NCBI RefSeq assembly: GCF_022045235.1
Contig: NW_027266341.1
Location: 37,076,001-37,140,000, forward strand
Reading direction: 5' to 3'
From: Haliotis cracherodii
Lineage: Eukaryota
Length of the DNA: 64,000 bases
Each line of letters begins with the position of its first letter. Position 1 is the stretch's first letter. Shown piece after piece: positions 26,700-38,669 of the stretch. A program made the position numbers and the translations under genes. The notes under the pieces were generated by a model. The model ran no database searches. It saw only the letters and a program-made list of their open reading frames with translations, and was not told the origin of the DNA.

Positions 26700-28053
26700 A
26701 GACAATGCTCAATAAGCCCCTTCACTGTCAGTCACCCGATGCTCATGAAGTTCCTTCACTGTCAGTAAACACACTGTACTCTTCCTTCACCGATGCTCAA
26801 TAAACCCCTTCACTGTCAGTCACCCAGCCATGCACACTGTACTCTCCCTTCACCGATGCTCAATAAGCCCCTTCACTGTCAGTCACGCAGCTCAATACAC
26901 TGTACTCTTCCTTCACCGATGTTCAATAAGCCCCTTCACTGTCAGTCACCCAGCCCCACAAACTGTACTCTCCCTTCACCGATGCTCAATAAGCCCCTTC
27001 ACTGTCAGTCACGCAGCTCAATACACTGTACTCTTCCTTCACCGATGCTCAATAAGCCCCTTCACTGTCAGTCACCCAGCCCCACAAACTGTACTCTCCC
27101 TTCACCGATGCTCAATAAACCCCTTCACTGTCAGTCACCCAGCCATACACTCTGTACTCTCCCTTCACCGATGCTCAATAAACCCCTTCACTGTCAGTCA
27201 CCCAGCCATACACACTGTACTCTCCCTTCACCGATGCTCAATAAGCCCCTTCACTGTCAGTCACCCAGCCATACACACTGTACTCTCCCTTCACCGATGC
27301 TCAATAAACCCCTTCACTGTCAGTCACCAAGCCATGCACACTGTACTCTCCCTTCACCGATGCTCAATAAACCCCTTCACTCTCAGTCACCCAGCACAAT
27401 ACACTGTACTCTCCCTTCACCGATGCTCAAGAAGCTCCTTCAGTGTCAGTCACCCAGCCATACACACTGTACTCTCCCTTCACCGATGCTCAATAAACCC
27501 CTTCACTGTCAGTCACCCAGCACAAAACACTGTACTCTCCCTTCACCGATGCTCAATAAACCCCTTCACTGTCAGTCACCCAGCACAAAACACTGTACTC
27601 TCCCTTTACCGATGCTCAAGAAGCTCCTTCAGTGTCAGTCACCCAGCCATACACACTGTACTCTCCCTTCACCGATGCTCAATAAACCCCTTCACTGTCA
27701 GTCACCCAGCACAAAACACTGTACTCTCCCTTCACCGATGCTCAAGATGCTCCTTCAGTGTCAGTCACCCAGCCATACACACTGTACTCTCCCTTCACCG
27801 ATGCTCAAGATGCTCCTTCAGTGTCAGTCACCCAGCCATACACACTGTACTCTCCCTTCACCGATGCTCAATAAACCCCTTCAGTGTCAGTCACCCAGCC
27901 ATACACACTGTACTCTCCCTTCACCGATGCTCAATAAACCCCTTCACTGTCAGTCACCCAGCCATACACACTGTACTCTCCCTTCACCGATGCTCAATAA
28001 ACCCCTTCACTGTCAGTCACCCAGCCATGCACACTGTACTCTCCCTTCACCGA
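26700..28053. repeat. Satellite, 63-bp unit, ~21 copies
   Basis: Unit CTTCACCGATGCTCAATAAACCCCTTCACTGTCAGTCACCCAGCCATACACACTGTACTCTCC, seen as 21-aa periodicity in the ORF track. Confidence 0.95.
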
Positions 28054-28545
28054 TATATTTATCAACACGTAACCACGTTTTTATGATACGTATCATTACA
28101 ACATGGGTCCGGCGTAATGCATCAGCTAGGCACACAAATAGCGTGTGTTTTCTATTTATGATTCGAGTACCCGCAAAATGATAACAAACAATTTGTCAAT
28201 ACAAAAATATTTTTTATCTGCCGGAATGTTATCTACAAGCAAATTTATGAACACTGAACATTCCCCTTTGAATGCATATATACATGTCGATTTTATGCAA
28301 AGCCTGTGAAATAGGAGAACTAATGGTTATTTCGTCAATGCATCTGTCAGTGATTATCTGATAGAATCTCACTTTTTGATGGTGTAACATACTCACATGC
28401 TGATGATATAGTTGGAGACGTACAATCGACTCTGCTTTTAGCACAGATTTCTTAAAAATGTGGAAACGGTTTTGCGCTTTTATTTAGGTAATTCCAGAAG
28501 AGATTGTATTCTTTGCACTTCTTTGACTATTTAAACAGAGTTTCT

Positions 28546-30515
28546 TCAGCGCTCTAAAGCTGTATACATGTGCTCCTCTTCGGTGTGTTTTGGAGATGTT
28601 GCTGCGTTGGGTGGAGTCATGGCTGCTGCTGCTCCTGGAGGATTTCCCTGAGGGGGAACATACGCTGGTGCTGTTGTTGCAGCTGGTGTGTAGGCTGGAG
28701 GAAGGCCTGCCATCTCCGGTGGAGGGGGGTAGAATACTCCAGCAGGAGGTTGAGCTGGGTAACCGTAGTTTGGCGTGAAGGCAGCATTGGTAGTGTTAGC
28801 TGGAGGTGGTCAGAATATTTACATTTGACAAACATCTTGCACCTTTGCAACCTCCTTAATTTACACATGTCTTATTGTGTAATGAAAATAGGTTGGTATA
28901 CAGTGTAGCTAAACTCATTTAGGTCACAGTACACTCTCATCATATGTGGAGAGAAAACGCCATTTTGTACACACAACTTTGGCAATATAAAAATGAATAC
29001 TTAAAAATACATCGATATTGTTATTCATTAATTAAAGTAAAATTATTGCTTTAAACTTTATACTCCATTTTATAACGAAAGATCATAAAATATGTCAATA
29101 TTAGCATATACCTGACATTGTATATATAAATGATGTTTACACCAATAGCCCGAGTCGTTATTTACTACAATCTACTGATTTAATTTTTGAGTATTCAACA
29201 TGAATTACAAAACTGAGAAATTGAGTTTTAAAAATAAAGACAATAGTTTCAAGAATTTGACAGTTCTCTGTTCAATTAGTTGAGGAATTTCTGAGCATAA
29301 TGCATGACAGGACATGGGGTGAACCAAGGCAGTTGTATGAGAAAGTGATATGATGGCATTCACGGGATGTCTAGGGTTATGTAACTCACTGTTTAAGAAA
29401 GCAGACTACCAATAAATGTGCTCAATTGTGAAATAGTAAATCATTCTGAAATAGGTAGCTTTGGAAACCCTGTTTGAGAGTATTTTCTTCAGAAAAAGTA
29501 ATACAACATACTATGTATTCTGCCCTGATATAATTTAAATATAGATTTGCAGAAATACCTGTAGTTATGACAGCAAGTTGGTGGTTGGTGGTCACTACCT
29601 GACGCCGGTGACCTTGAGATGACCTACAGCAGCAGACACAGCACAAGACGATTCCAACAATCAGGGCGATCAAGGACCCGACACCACACACGATCCCGAT
29701 AATCAGACCTGTTGTTGTCCCGGAACTGTAAGATAAACTTAATATATAGAAGGGGGTCCGTTTGAAGGTAACGTTTCGATTCAACATATATTGCTCATTA
29801 TTTGAGTTTAATATTTATTGAAATGTAGATCCATTGATGCAGGTAGACGACTCGTCCATAAGCTGATAAATAACACATTTCAATAAAAACTATTATTCCG
29901 TTCTGCCAAAATAGGTCAACTGATTCATAAACACATGTTTATGGTATAGTCAGAATCGTACAATCGACTCGGCTTTATGCAGAGATTTCTATTGGATATG
30001 GAAACTTAAGTGTTTTGTCGCTGTATTTTCGCAAAAGGTATTAATGGTAATTTGTACATCATCAAGAAATTCTCTTTGATTAAAGCTGACATCAAATGAA
30101 CCAATCCCTAACATGTTCAGGACCTGACCAAAAGTTAGGTCGTACATCTACTTACCTTCCATAATAACTGCCACAGCAATATCTGTACGAGCTATCGCCA
30201 CAGCAGAGTGTGGAACAGTACTTGGTCCTGTACGTTCCAAAGGACGTTTTCTCATAGCACGTTTGGTAAGCAGATGCTAAAGGAACAGATATTCCAGTAT
30301 AAAGTATAAATATATCTTTGGCTAGTACTAATTTTGATAATAACGTGTAATACATTAACATGTAATCATATATTGTAATAAAATTGAACACAAAATGAAT
30401 TGAACAAATATATATTTTAGGGATTACAATTAGGGATCGCATGAGGTGATGCGAGACGAGGTGGAGTTTATTGTTGCGTTCAAGTTTATTTCACTTGCAT
30501 GTGTGTGTGTATGTG

Positions 30516-30551
<36 letters not shown>

Positions 30552-32044
30552 TGTGTGTGACTGCTTGTACTAGTACGGACTATGTCGGTATGACACTGCT
30601 ATTCCACTGAGATATCAGGACGCAGTTTAACCTGAACACCCCACTCAGACACAGTTTACTGACTCCGGGATGTTGCTTCCCTAAATCCCGAGTGCCAGAC
30701 AGGGTAGTAACGTATCTTTTAACGTCTTTGGGAATTACTATTGATTTTTCCTTAACAATATTTAATGTCTTCTTTCAGGACAACCGTTTATAGTTGGCTG
30801 ACTGAATATTAGGCCTGTAGCATTCTATTTTTATCAGGTTGTTAGTTTGAACCAATATCTACCAGCTTGCATGGAATCAGTAAAGTCTCGAGTAACATTT
30901 GTCTTATATCTTCTCTCCATGTTCTCCTTTAGAACAAACCCTCCTTGAATCCCTTCACTCCAACACCCTTCTCCGCCCTCTTCTCTCCCTATTCCGCCCA
31001 CTTCTCTCCCTACTCCGCCCACTTCTCTCCCCACTCCGCCCACTTCTCTCCCTACTCCGCCCACTTCTCTCCCTACTCCGGCCACTTCTCTCCCTACTCC
31101 GCCCACTTCTCTCTCTACTCCGCCCACTTCTCCCCCCTACTCCGCCCACTTCTCTCCCCACTCCGCCCACTTCTCTCCCCACTCCGCCCACTTCTCTTCC
31201 TACTCCGCCTACTTCTCTCCCTACTCCACCCACTTCTCTCCCTACTCCGCCCACTCCTCTCCCCACTCCGGCCACTTCTCTCCCCACTCCGCTCACACAC
31301 CATCCCCCTTCAACCGCCTGTGGAAATGATAGTTTAACCTATATAGCAACGCTTTACTATCGCCTTGTTTATGTGTGTATCAATTTACACCCCCAACCCC
31401 CACCCCCACCCTNNNNNNNNNNNNNNNNNNNNNNNNNNNNNNNNNNNNNNNNNNNNNNNNNNNNNNNNNNNNNNNNNNNNNNNNNNNNNNNNNNNNNNNN
31501 NNNNNNNNNNNNNNNNNNNNNNNNNNNNNNNNNNNNNNNNNNNNNNNNNNNNCAAAGTCAGTAACTGGTCAGTCGAAAAGTAACAATATATTTTACTGAA
31601 ACTTGCTTCTAACACTGAGAATCTATCTATAATCCCAGCAATTAACGCAAATCCCCATTGAAAAATTCTGACACGATCGCCGTTAGACCAGAATGGCGCC
31701 ATGTTTGTTTGTAAACATAGAAATTAGTACCAAACGGACCTTTTGTAATTGTATATTTATTCCTTAATTGACCCAAACGGCTACGCTTAAATCAGTTAGC
31801 TTTGTATTGCCGAGAAACCAACCCATGATATGAGAAAAAGTAGTTTCACGGAGGGGTACTATGTTACGTCGAGATCTAGGTCACCCATCTATGCAATCGA
31901 TGTTTACCTATACTTACCATGATATATCCATCACAATCACCATACGATATTCGAGTGTTATTGATCTACTGATCTAGATAGTACTATATACTTACAGATA
32001 GCGAGTAAAGGTAGAATAATCCACACAATCTTCAGGGAAGTCAT
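28546..32044 (-). CDS. Shisa-like/CYYR1-like single-pass membrane protein, paralog B (196 aa; 4 coding exons)
   Basis: Exons 32044-31996 (49 nt, MTSLKIVWIILPLLAI), 30276-30156 (SAYQTCYEKTSFGTYRTKYCSTLCCGDSSYRYCCGSYYG), 29725-29559 (TM then CCVCCCRSSQGHRRQVV) and 28799-28546 (tail with LPPAY, ending EEEHMYTALER*). Phases 1-2-1. Intron 1 spans the N gap. Confidence 0.88.
30443..30730 (-). mobile_element. SINE family 4 with internal (GCGT)n microsatellite
   Basis: Reverse complement of the 56254-56604 body. Confidence 0.75.
30970..31295. repeat. C-rich minisatellite, ~21-bp unit (CTACTCCGCCCACTTCTCTCC)
   Basis: About 15 tandem copies in intron 1 of paralog B, near the N gap. Confidence 0.92.
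31413..31552. other. Assembly gap (140 N)
   Basis: Run of N. Confidence 1.
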
Positions 32045-32259
32045 AGCGCTGAAGTAGTAGGCCGTCAGCTACTCACACCCGACTCTACCTGTCACAGCTG
32101 CATGGGAATAGCTTCCTGCATAGCAGGTATTTGTAAAGACAGGTAAGAGGTCATGTTTATAGCGACAACTATTCGCTACTGTCGTGTTGGGTGTGAACGC
32201 CTTCTCTTGTGGATTTCAATGACGCGTGTATTCGACTGAATACATGCTATGCATAGTGA

Positions 32260-32452
32260 CAAGGCGGGAAATCCTGCTTCGTGATAACAAGCAGCCTACG
32301 GAGGTCGAGGCGACCAAATGGATCGGGTGGTCACGCTCGGTGCAGACGGGTCATCCTACCCCGACGTATTTCGTTATTCACTGGATTGTCTGGTCCAGAT
32401 TCGATTATTTACATGCTGCCGTCATGCAGTTAGAATATTGCTGATTGCGGCG
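32260..32452 (+). mobile_element. SINE family 3, degenerate
   Basis: GGATCGGGTGGTCACGCTCG..CACTGGATTGTCTGGTCCAGATTCGATTATTTAC..GAATATTGCTGA.TGCGGCG. Confidence 0.7.
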
Positions 32453-32905
32453 TTTTCATATTTAGATCTATGCATGAAGATTCAGAGTGACAAAACACTC
32501 TCCACAAGACTGTATGACAAGAGGGATGACTTCAACTTTCCAATTGTCAACTTTCCCTTCATGTCAAGCAATATTCCAGCAGCTCAAGCCTTTGGTGTTT
32601 ACATTTCGCAACCTTTGAGATACAATCGAGCATGCTCTTTCTACCAAGATTTCAAAGAGCGTCATTCGACTCTTGCTCAGAAGTAATTGATCAAAAGTTT
32701 TATGGAAGACATGTGGAAGACATTTCCAAATTTGACGCATCAGTGACAAACATTATGACCGATGCAATTCCCTATTGTGACTTGTACCATATGTTCCTAT
32801 GTTTTTTCAGGTGAACAATTGACTTGCCTTTGCATGTGTTTTTGGTGGGTGCCACCGGTGGGACAGGATACGCTCACCTTATCGCGAACACCTGGTATCA
32901 TTACT
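32452..32905 (+). mobile_element. Penelope-like retroelement 3' fragment (RT C-terminus/thumb; Naiad/Chlamys-like)
   Basis: SYLDL..IQSDKTLSTRLYDKRDDFNFPIVNFPFMSSNIPAAQAFGVYISQPLRYNRACS is the typical C-terminal RT motif of this PLE group. It is followed by a stop/frameshift and a conserved 3' motif (CAGGATACGCTCACCTT.TCGCGAACACCTGG). Confidence 0.82.
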
Positions 32906-34156
32906 TTTTGAAAGGGAATTATTAACACATGCCCATGTTATAGTCGAAATTGTACAATCGACTCTGCATTATGCAAAGATTACTATTGGATGTGGAAAGG
33001 GTTTTGTCGCTTTAATAAATCAGCTTTACTATGAATTTGGAAATTACTCGATTCTGATTGGTTAATCAGAGGTTATCAAATCACAGTAAACCCTCTCTGA
33101 CTGAAAGTTTACGGTCACATCACCGTTCCAACTAATATTTGTATAATACTAGTTCTTTTAGCGATGAGATAGCATAAAAGTGACGTGCGGTGAAGAACGA
33201 AACCTTGCAAGACTTGCTTATTTTTCTTTGGGCTGCCCACTTCATGTCAGCTTACGACATTGCTGGGCTACATGCTTTCAGTGTTCGCCAGATGTTCGCG
33301 TGATGTATCTAGGTGTAACAAAAAACTGCTTGAAGATGCTGCGCTCTATTTTGTTCACAACACTGTTTTATTTCGTCATGGTTGTATAGAAATATAGATA
33401 CTGCGTCATCAATGTAGGACGAGGTTATCTGTAAATTCAACCGCGATAAATTTGACATTTGTAAAACTCACGCTGTGCTTTCCAAATTCAAATTGAAGGC
33501 AGTTTTAAATTGAGCTCTGCATTGAGAACACGTTTTTCCTTCTAAACAATGAATGTAGAATATAGTCGTCAGTTAACTGGTTTTGTTAAAACCAACAACG
33601 AGTTCTTAATAAGTTATATTTTCACTACCAGTACTTGCTGTTCAAACCAATACATTAGCCAGAACAAATATCCTGAATGACTTCATGTCTTGTCTGCCAG
33701 ACAATGGCAGGAGTGTCTTCCCATAAGCAGCTCGCGGCTATCTACGTCTTCCCGCTGGCAATATCATTCAGCTCACGGGTATCTGATCTGTATCTTCCCG
33801 CTGGCAATATATCCCGTATTCCGCTCGCGGGTATCTTATCTACGACTTCCCACTGGCGATATATCCCGTGTTCAGCTCGCGGGTATCATATCCGAGATTA
33901 TTTTGTTTAAGGATATGAACATTATCAACATTATGGAAGGACATTTCATTGTATGTGTTTTATTTTTAGATGTGTTTTATGTATTTTGTTTACCTTTTAA
34001 CATTATTGACATATCAATGACTCTGTAAATTGTATATTATAGTATTTAAGTGTCAAGGTAATTGTATGGTATAGTAGACTAAGTTCAGTGTGTCACTTAT
34101 GAAAATTTGAGACGGCCCCATGTCTGCTATTGTTCTCCGCGTCATCCTGCATGACT

Positions 34157-34435
34157 GGGGGCACGGGTGGCTCAGTCGTCTTAGGTGCCGCGATTCGCTG
34201 TGCAGAATTGCATCCCTTGGGCACGCCAGAAACCTATGATTGTGGGTTCGAATCCCGATTACGTTTCTAGGTTTGTCAGCACCATACCCGTGATCGTGGG
34301 TTTCACCGAAGTTGTAAAAACGTCTGAGACCTGCATCATTTCGTGCTTTCCTCCCTAATCAAGCTGACACGCCGCGATATAACTGTAATACTGTTAAAAG
34401 CGGCGTTAAACCCAACTCACTCACTCACTCAATCA
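34157..34435 (+). mobile_element. tRNA-derived SINE, family 2
   Basis: Full length with (CACT)n tail; TSD TGCATGACTG. Confidence 0.9.
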
Positions 34436-35304
34436 TGCATGACTGATTCGCCTGTTGTAAATAACAGGTGGTGGCAAAATGAGGAGACACCTTTGTAACA
34501 CACACCGTATCACTAAACGGCAATTATTTGTGATGTAACTGTATTCTATATTTGCGCCACCTCCACACATGCGACATTGTTTACCAAGAAACAACTCTTT
34601 TTCAAACTGAGTGAAACCTTCATAAAATGGCGAGGGATGCGGTGGTCTGTGGTTATGCGCTCTCGGCATTTAGTAAATTAGAGTGACCTACCTTGGTGGT
34701 ATTACGATGAACCACACACTATATCATTCGAGAAGTTTCACGAGGTTACAGTTTCTAGAAGACTGGCTGTACCTGTATAAGAGCAGGATGAAGGCGATTC
34801 TAGGCCTTGGAAGACCCGAGTTCACGTTTTCTCTCCTTGCCTGGTACCGACGGGATACCTGTCCGAAAACACCAACTTCATTCAAGCTTTCAACTCTGTA
34901 TACGGGACTCAATTGCAAATTAAACACGTGCTACATTCAAGAAATTCCACTGAGAGAAATTCTGGACATTCGTGAGTGCACTGATACTTATAGGGTCTAT
35001 AATATTGATGCTGCCAATTTGTCCCTTTGTATTGCCTCGTGTGATTGTATACCTAATCCTGTGGCTTTCAATATAATTTGTTAATTATTCATTTATATTA
35101 TGTGGTTATTTACTGATTTAACAAATTAGTTCTGTATGTTCTGGCCCGATTAGTAGGTTAACCTTCGTGTATGAACTTGGGAATAACTGCGTAACGCTGT
35201 ATCCTGTTTCTCACTGATTGTCGATATCTTTGACTTGAGTACTGGGTGTCGATGGGGGTGTTGTCTTTCCACTTTAAAGGAGATACATCAAAGGATACTG
35301 CATG

Positions 35305-35550
35305 GTGAGTGAGTAAGTGAGTTGGGTTTAACGCCGCTTTTAACATTATTCCAGTTATATGTCAGCTTAATGTCGGAGGAAAGCCCGAAGTGATGCAGGT
35401 CTCAGACGTTTACCACTTCGGTGAAACCCACGATCACGGGTATGGTGCTGACAAACCTAGAAACATAATCGAGGCGAACCGGGATTCGATCCCACAATCA
35501 TAGGTTTCTGGCGAATCGCGGCGCCTTAGACGACTTGGTCACCCGTGCCC
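35305..35550 (-). mobile_element. tRNA-derived SINE, family 2
   Basis: Full length on -; TSD GGATA(C/T)TGCATGG. Confidence 0.88.
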
Positions 35551-38179
35551 ACGGATATTGCATGGAGATAGTATTCGTAACCAGAGCGCCACATCATGTC
35601 AACTGTTTTGAAAGAATAGCATCTGGCTGACGGTGCTTTATAGGCAATGCTTACCCGTTTTGTGTGGCTGGATTTCTGATCCAGCATGTGATTGTCCCTT
35701 TCCTTTACATGACGCCTTCGCATGACAGGACTACTGCTGTGCTTTTTCAGACAATAAACTTCTATTGTTTGCGCAAATTGTGTGAGTGGCGAACGCTACC
35801 GGTACGGCAGGATATGCTTACCCTTTTTCTCGAACTTCTGGTGTCATCACTGCTATTTTGCCTTTTACATCAAATGGAATCTGGTGCTGGCGTTTTATAT
35901 GGACTAGATATTTCGATACACGATGGACTTTTCATGACTAGATACTTTTCAAACTGACATCAACAATTGTTGTCGATATGATGATAAGGAGTGGTATGTT
36001 ATATCAAGCGGTCAGAATTCCCACTATTAACTACGTATGTCAGTCGTATTTCACTATAACATACACTTCTCCGCTTACATTTGTGTACGTTCTGATAGTG
36101 GCTGATGTCAATTATGTTAATAACACCAACAAATAAAAACCAAATAATAACATTTCGTTCTGGTGTTTGTACATCTATAGTATTGTTATGATATATAAAA
36201 CTCAAACTATATGAAACAATAAAAGTTTCTTAAAATCAAATTCTGAAAATGACTCTTTCACGTACAGGCAAATATAAAACGTCAATGTCAAGAGAATAAC
36301 CAGTTTTGATTATCCAGCTTTGTCATATGTCTGAAAACAGTAGTTAACGATTGTTGGTGTGGTTACACATTCCAAAACAACTGACTAATTATTTCATTTA
36401 ACCTTAGAAATTTAGATAATTAGAAATTGACATCTGAGCAAATTGTCCATGTCTGTGTTCAAGTCGTGTTTGGTCTGACAATCATGGTCTGGAATAAGTT
36501 GTATTGTTAATATATTGAATAAGACAATAGTATGACAATTTATTATATATACCGATAACTTAACATCAATAATAAAACATCGAAAATGTGCCTGTTTCTA
36601 GATCTGAGTCTGTGATCTACAATCGTCTCGGGCGCCACCATTCTCTCGATGGAGTCGCGTCCCCTATGTACGACAGAAATTTTACTACTGGTTTTGAATT
36701 CGAAAAACGCATTCGATAGTGTTAACTTACTAAATCTCCGTTGCTTATGCATATGTTGCATCAGACTGAAATGTGAAACTGGACCACCAAGTGTGATTTT
36801 GGAACTGTGGTCAGTTTGCAAGACCAATCCCGTGTACAATAGAATACATTTCTGCCATGAAAATTGAATAAACGAATTTGGGATTTGGATAGATATTTTA
36901 CTTTGAAACATTTTATACACTCGCAACTGTTGCCTGCAATTGGTTGCGTGAAAATTATCAATAATATGAAACACATCATCAATAATAACATATAACATAT
37001 TTCATATGTCTTTACAAATAGAAATGGACAAATATACAGTAACGGAACAATCATTCATAATGTGTCAATTATCATTACGGGGTCGTGTAATAGAATATCA
37101 TATATCATTGCAAGCTAAGATCGAAGCACATTCAGAGGATTATGGTCATAGCGGCACCATGGGAAAACGGCAGTGCTTATTCGATGTTCAGTTCAGGATT
37201 GTTCAGAGGCCACCCAGAATGTTTTCAACTGTAACATTTATTAGCATTATGCTACAAATGAAGACTGGTGTCTATGTTCAACAATATCATATGGTTTGAA
37301 TGTTGCTAACATCGTTATATTCAGAGAATGTGGTCTGCTTTGAAAATATATTTCATAGTAGAATTGGATTGAATGTTGTCAGGCTGTCAAATAATGTATA
37401 TGATAAATAGATATATGATGCATGGTAAAAAGTGGATGCTTTCCCTATATATGCCGAATGATATATGGCCACGTTGTCGCCAACAATATCTCGAGCCGTT
37501 TAACCAATTTTTCACGCATAGTCGTTTACCAATCAGAGGGTAAAAAGAACTGTCAAAACGCTAAAGTTTGTTATTCGTACATTGACAACACCCTTTAGAA
37601 GGTATGACTTCGTCAATGTAGGAACCAAACGTAGGACGTAACAAACAAAATGGTAAGTCGTAACAAGTTTATAGACTAAGTAATTAGACGGATATGTTTT
37701 GTTCATAAGAATGAATATACCTCGGTACAAAACTACATATGTGATATCTCACTTCTAATCTACTTTAAGTTGCATTGTCATCCTTATAGCTTGTAACGCT
37801 GGTAGAAAGTCTAGTGGAAATTGTGTAATATTAACTAATTTTGTATTTTATGAAAATGCAAAAGATGCAGTACATAGATGAAAATGATGTACAACATGGA
37901 TGATAACAAACAATGGAAAGTCTGGTGTTGATGTGCATGAACCTCCTTCGGAGATATCTGGATATCATTGGATTTTACTTACGAAAAAATGATGTAATTG
38001 TATACAATTATACATTCAGACGAACAGTATGAAGCTTGTCAAACCTTTCTACAAGAACTATCGATGGATTCATGTGATTCCTGCACATATTCCTTTGTTA
38101 TTGATTTTGTTGAAAATTAACATATTTGGTTTTTACTTTTTTTTATTAAATAAATGATATTATCCTACATGAAAACACA

Positions 38180-38320
38180 ATGCCATTGATCGTGTGTTGG
38201 CGATTAGGTGCCTCAGTCTGGCAGTGTGGGTTCGAATCTCGGATGGGACTCAACCAAAAAAGGTACTCGAATCTGTACTTTACTAAGATAGTGTTATCCC
38301 AAATATAACATTTGTTACTT
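38180..38320 (+). mobile_element. Probable tRNA-derived SINE (another family), degenerate
   Basis: B-box GTGGGTTCGAATCTCGG followed by a non-tRNA body. Confidence 0.45.
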
Positions 38321-38669
38321 TCATACATGTTTTACAAGTCTGTTTGTTCTACTTTACATCATTTTACTGCATTTTACATATCCCGCGAAAACATGTTTTG
38401 TTAAAAACTTTATATACTTACTTGCATCATATATTTACTTGCTAACGGTTGTTATGTTCCAACACACTTTAATAAGAAAATATTTATACCTTCTCTACAT
38501 TATCTGATGCAAAGCATGTACTGAGAGTGTTAACGTTTTGTGTCATGTCGACCATTTATCAGTCAGGAAAAGCTAAAGTCTGTAACTCGCCCATGCACAC
38601 ATGTATATAGTATAAGCGATTGACATTCACTTGTTTGCTGACATATGCATAACAACAAAACAAAGGTTA

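Noticed and set aside
26793-28181. 462-aa ORF resembling a His/Cys metal-binding repeat protein
   Set aside because: It is fully explained by the 63-bp satellite, with no signal peptide, unique domain or splice context.
30834-31702. ORFs spanning the C-rich minisatellite and the N gap
   Set aside because: Low-complexity and gap artefacts inside intron 1 of paralog B.
33015-38150. Possible further DNA-transposon remnants (e.g. CCCGCTGGCAATAT repeats near 33740-33900; MGKRQC-like start near 37160)
   Set aside because: No convincing termini or protein motifs could be established by eye.
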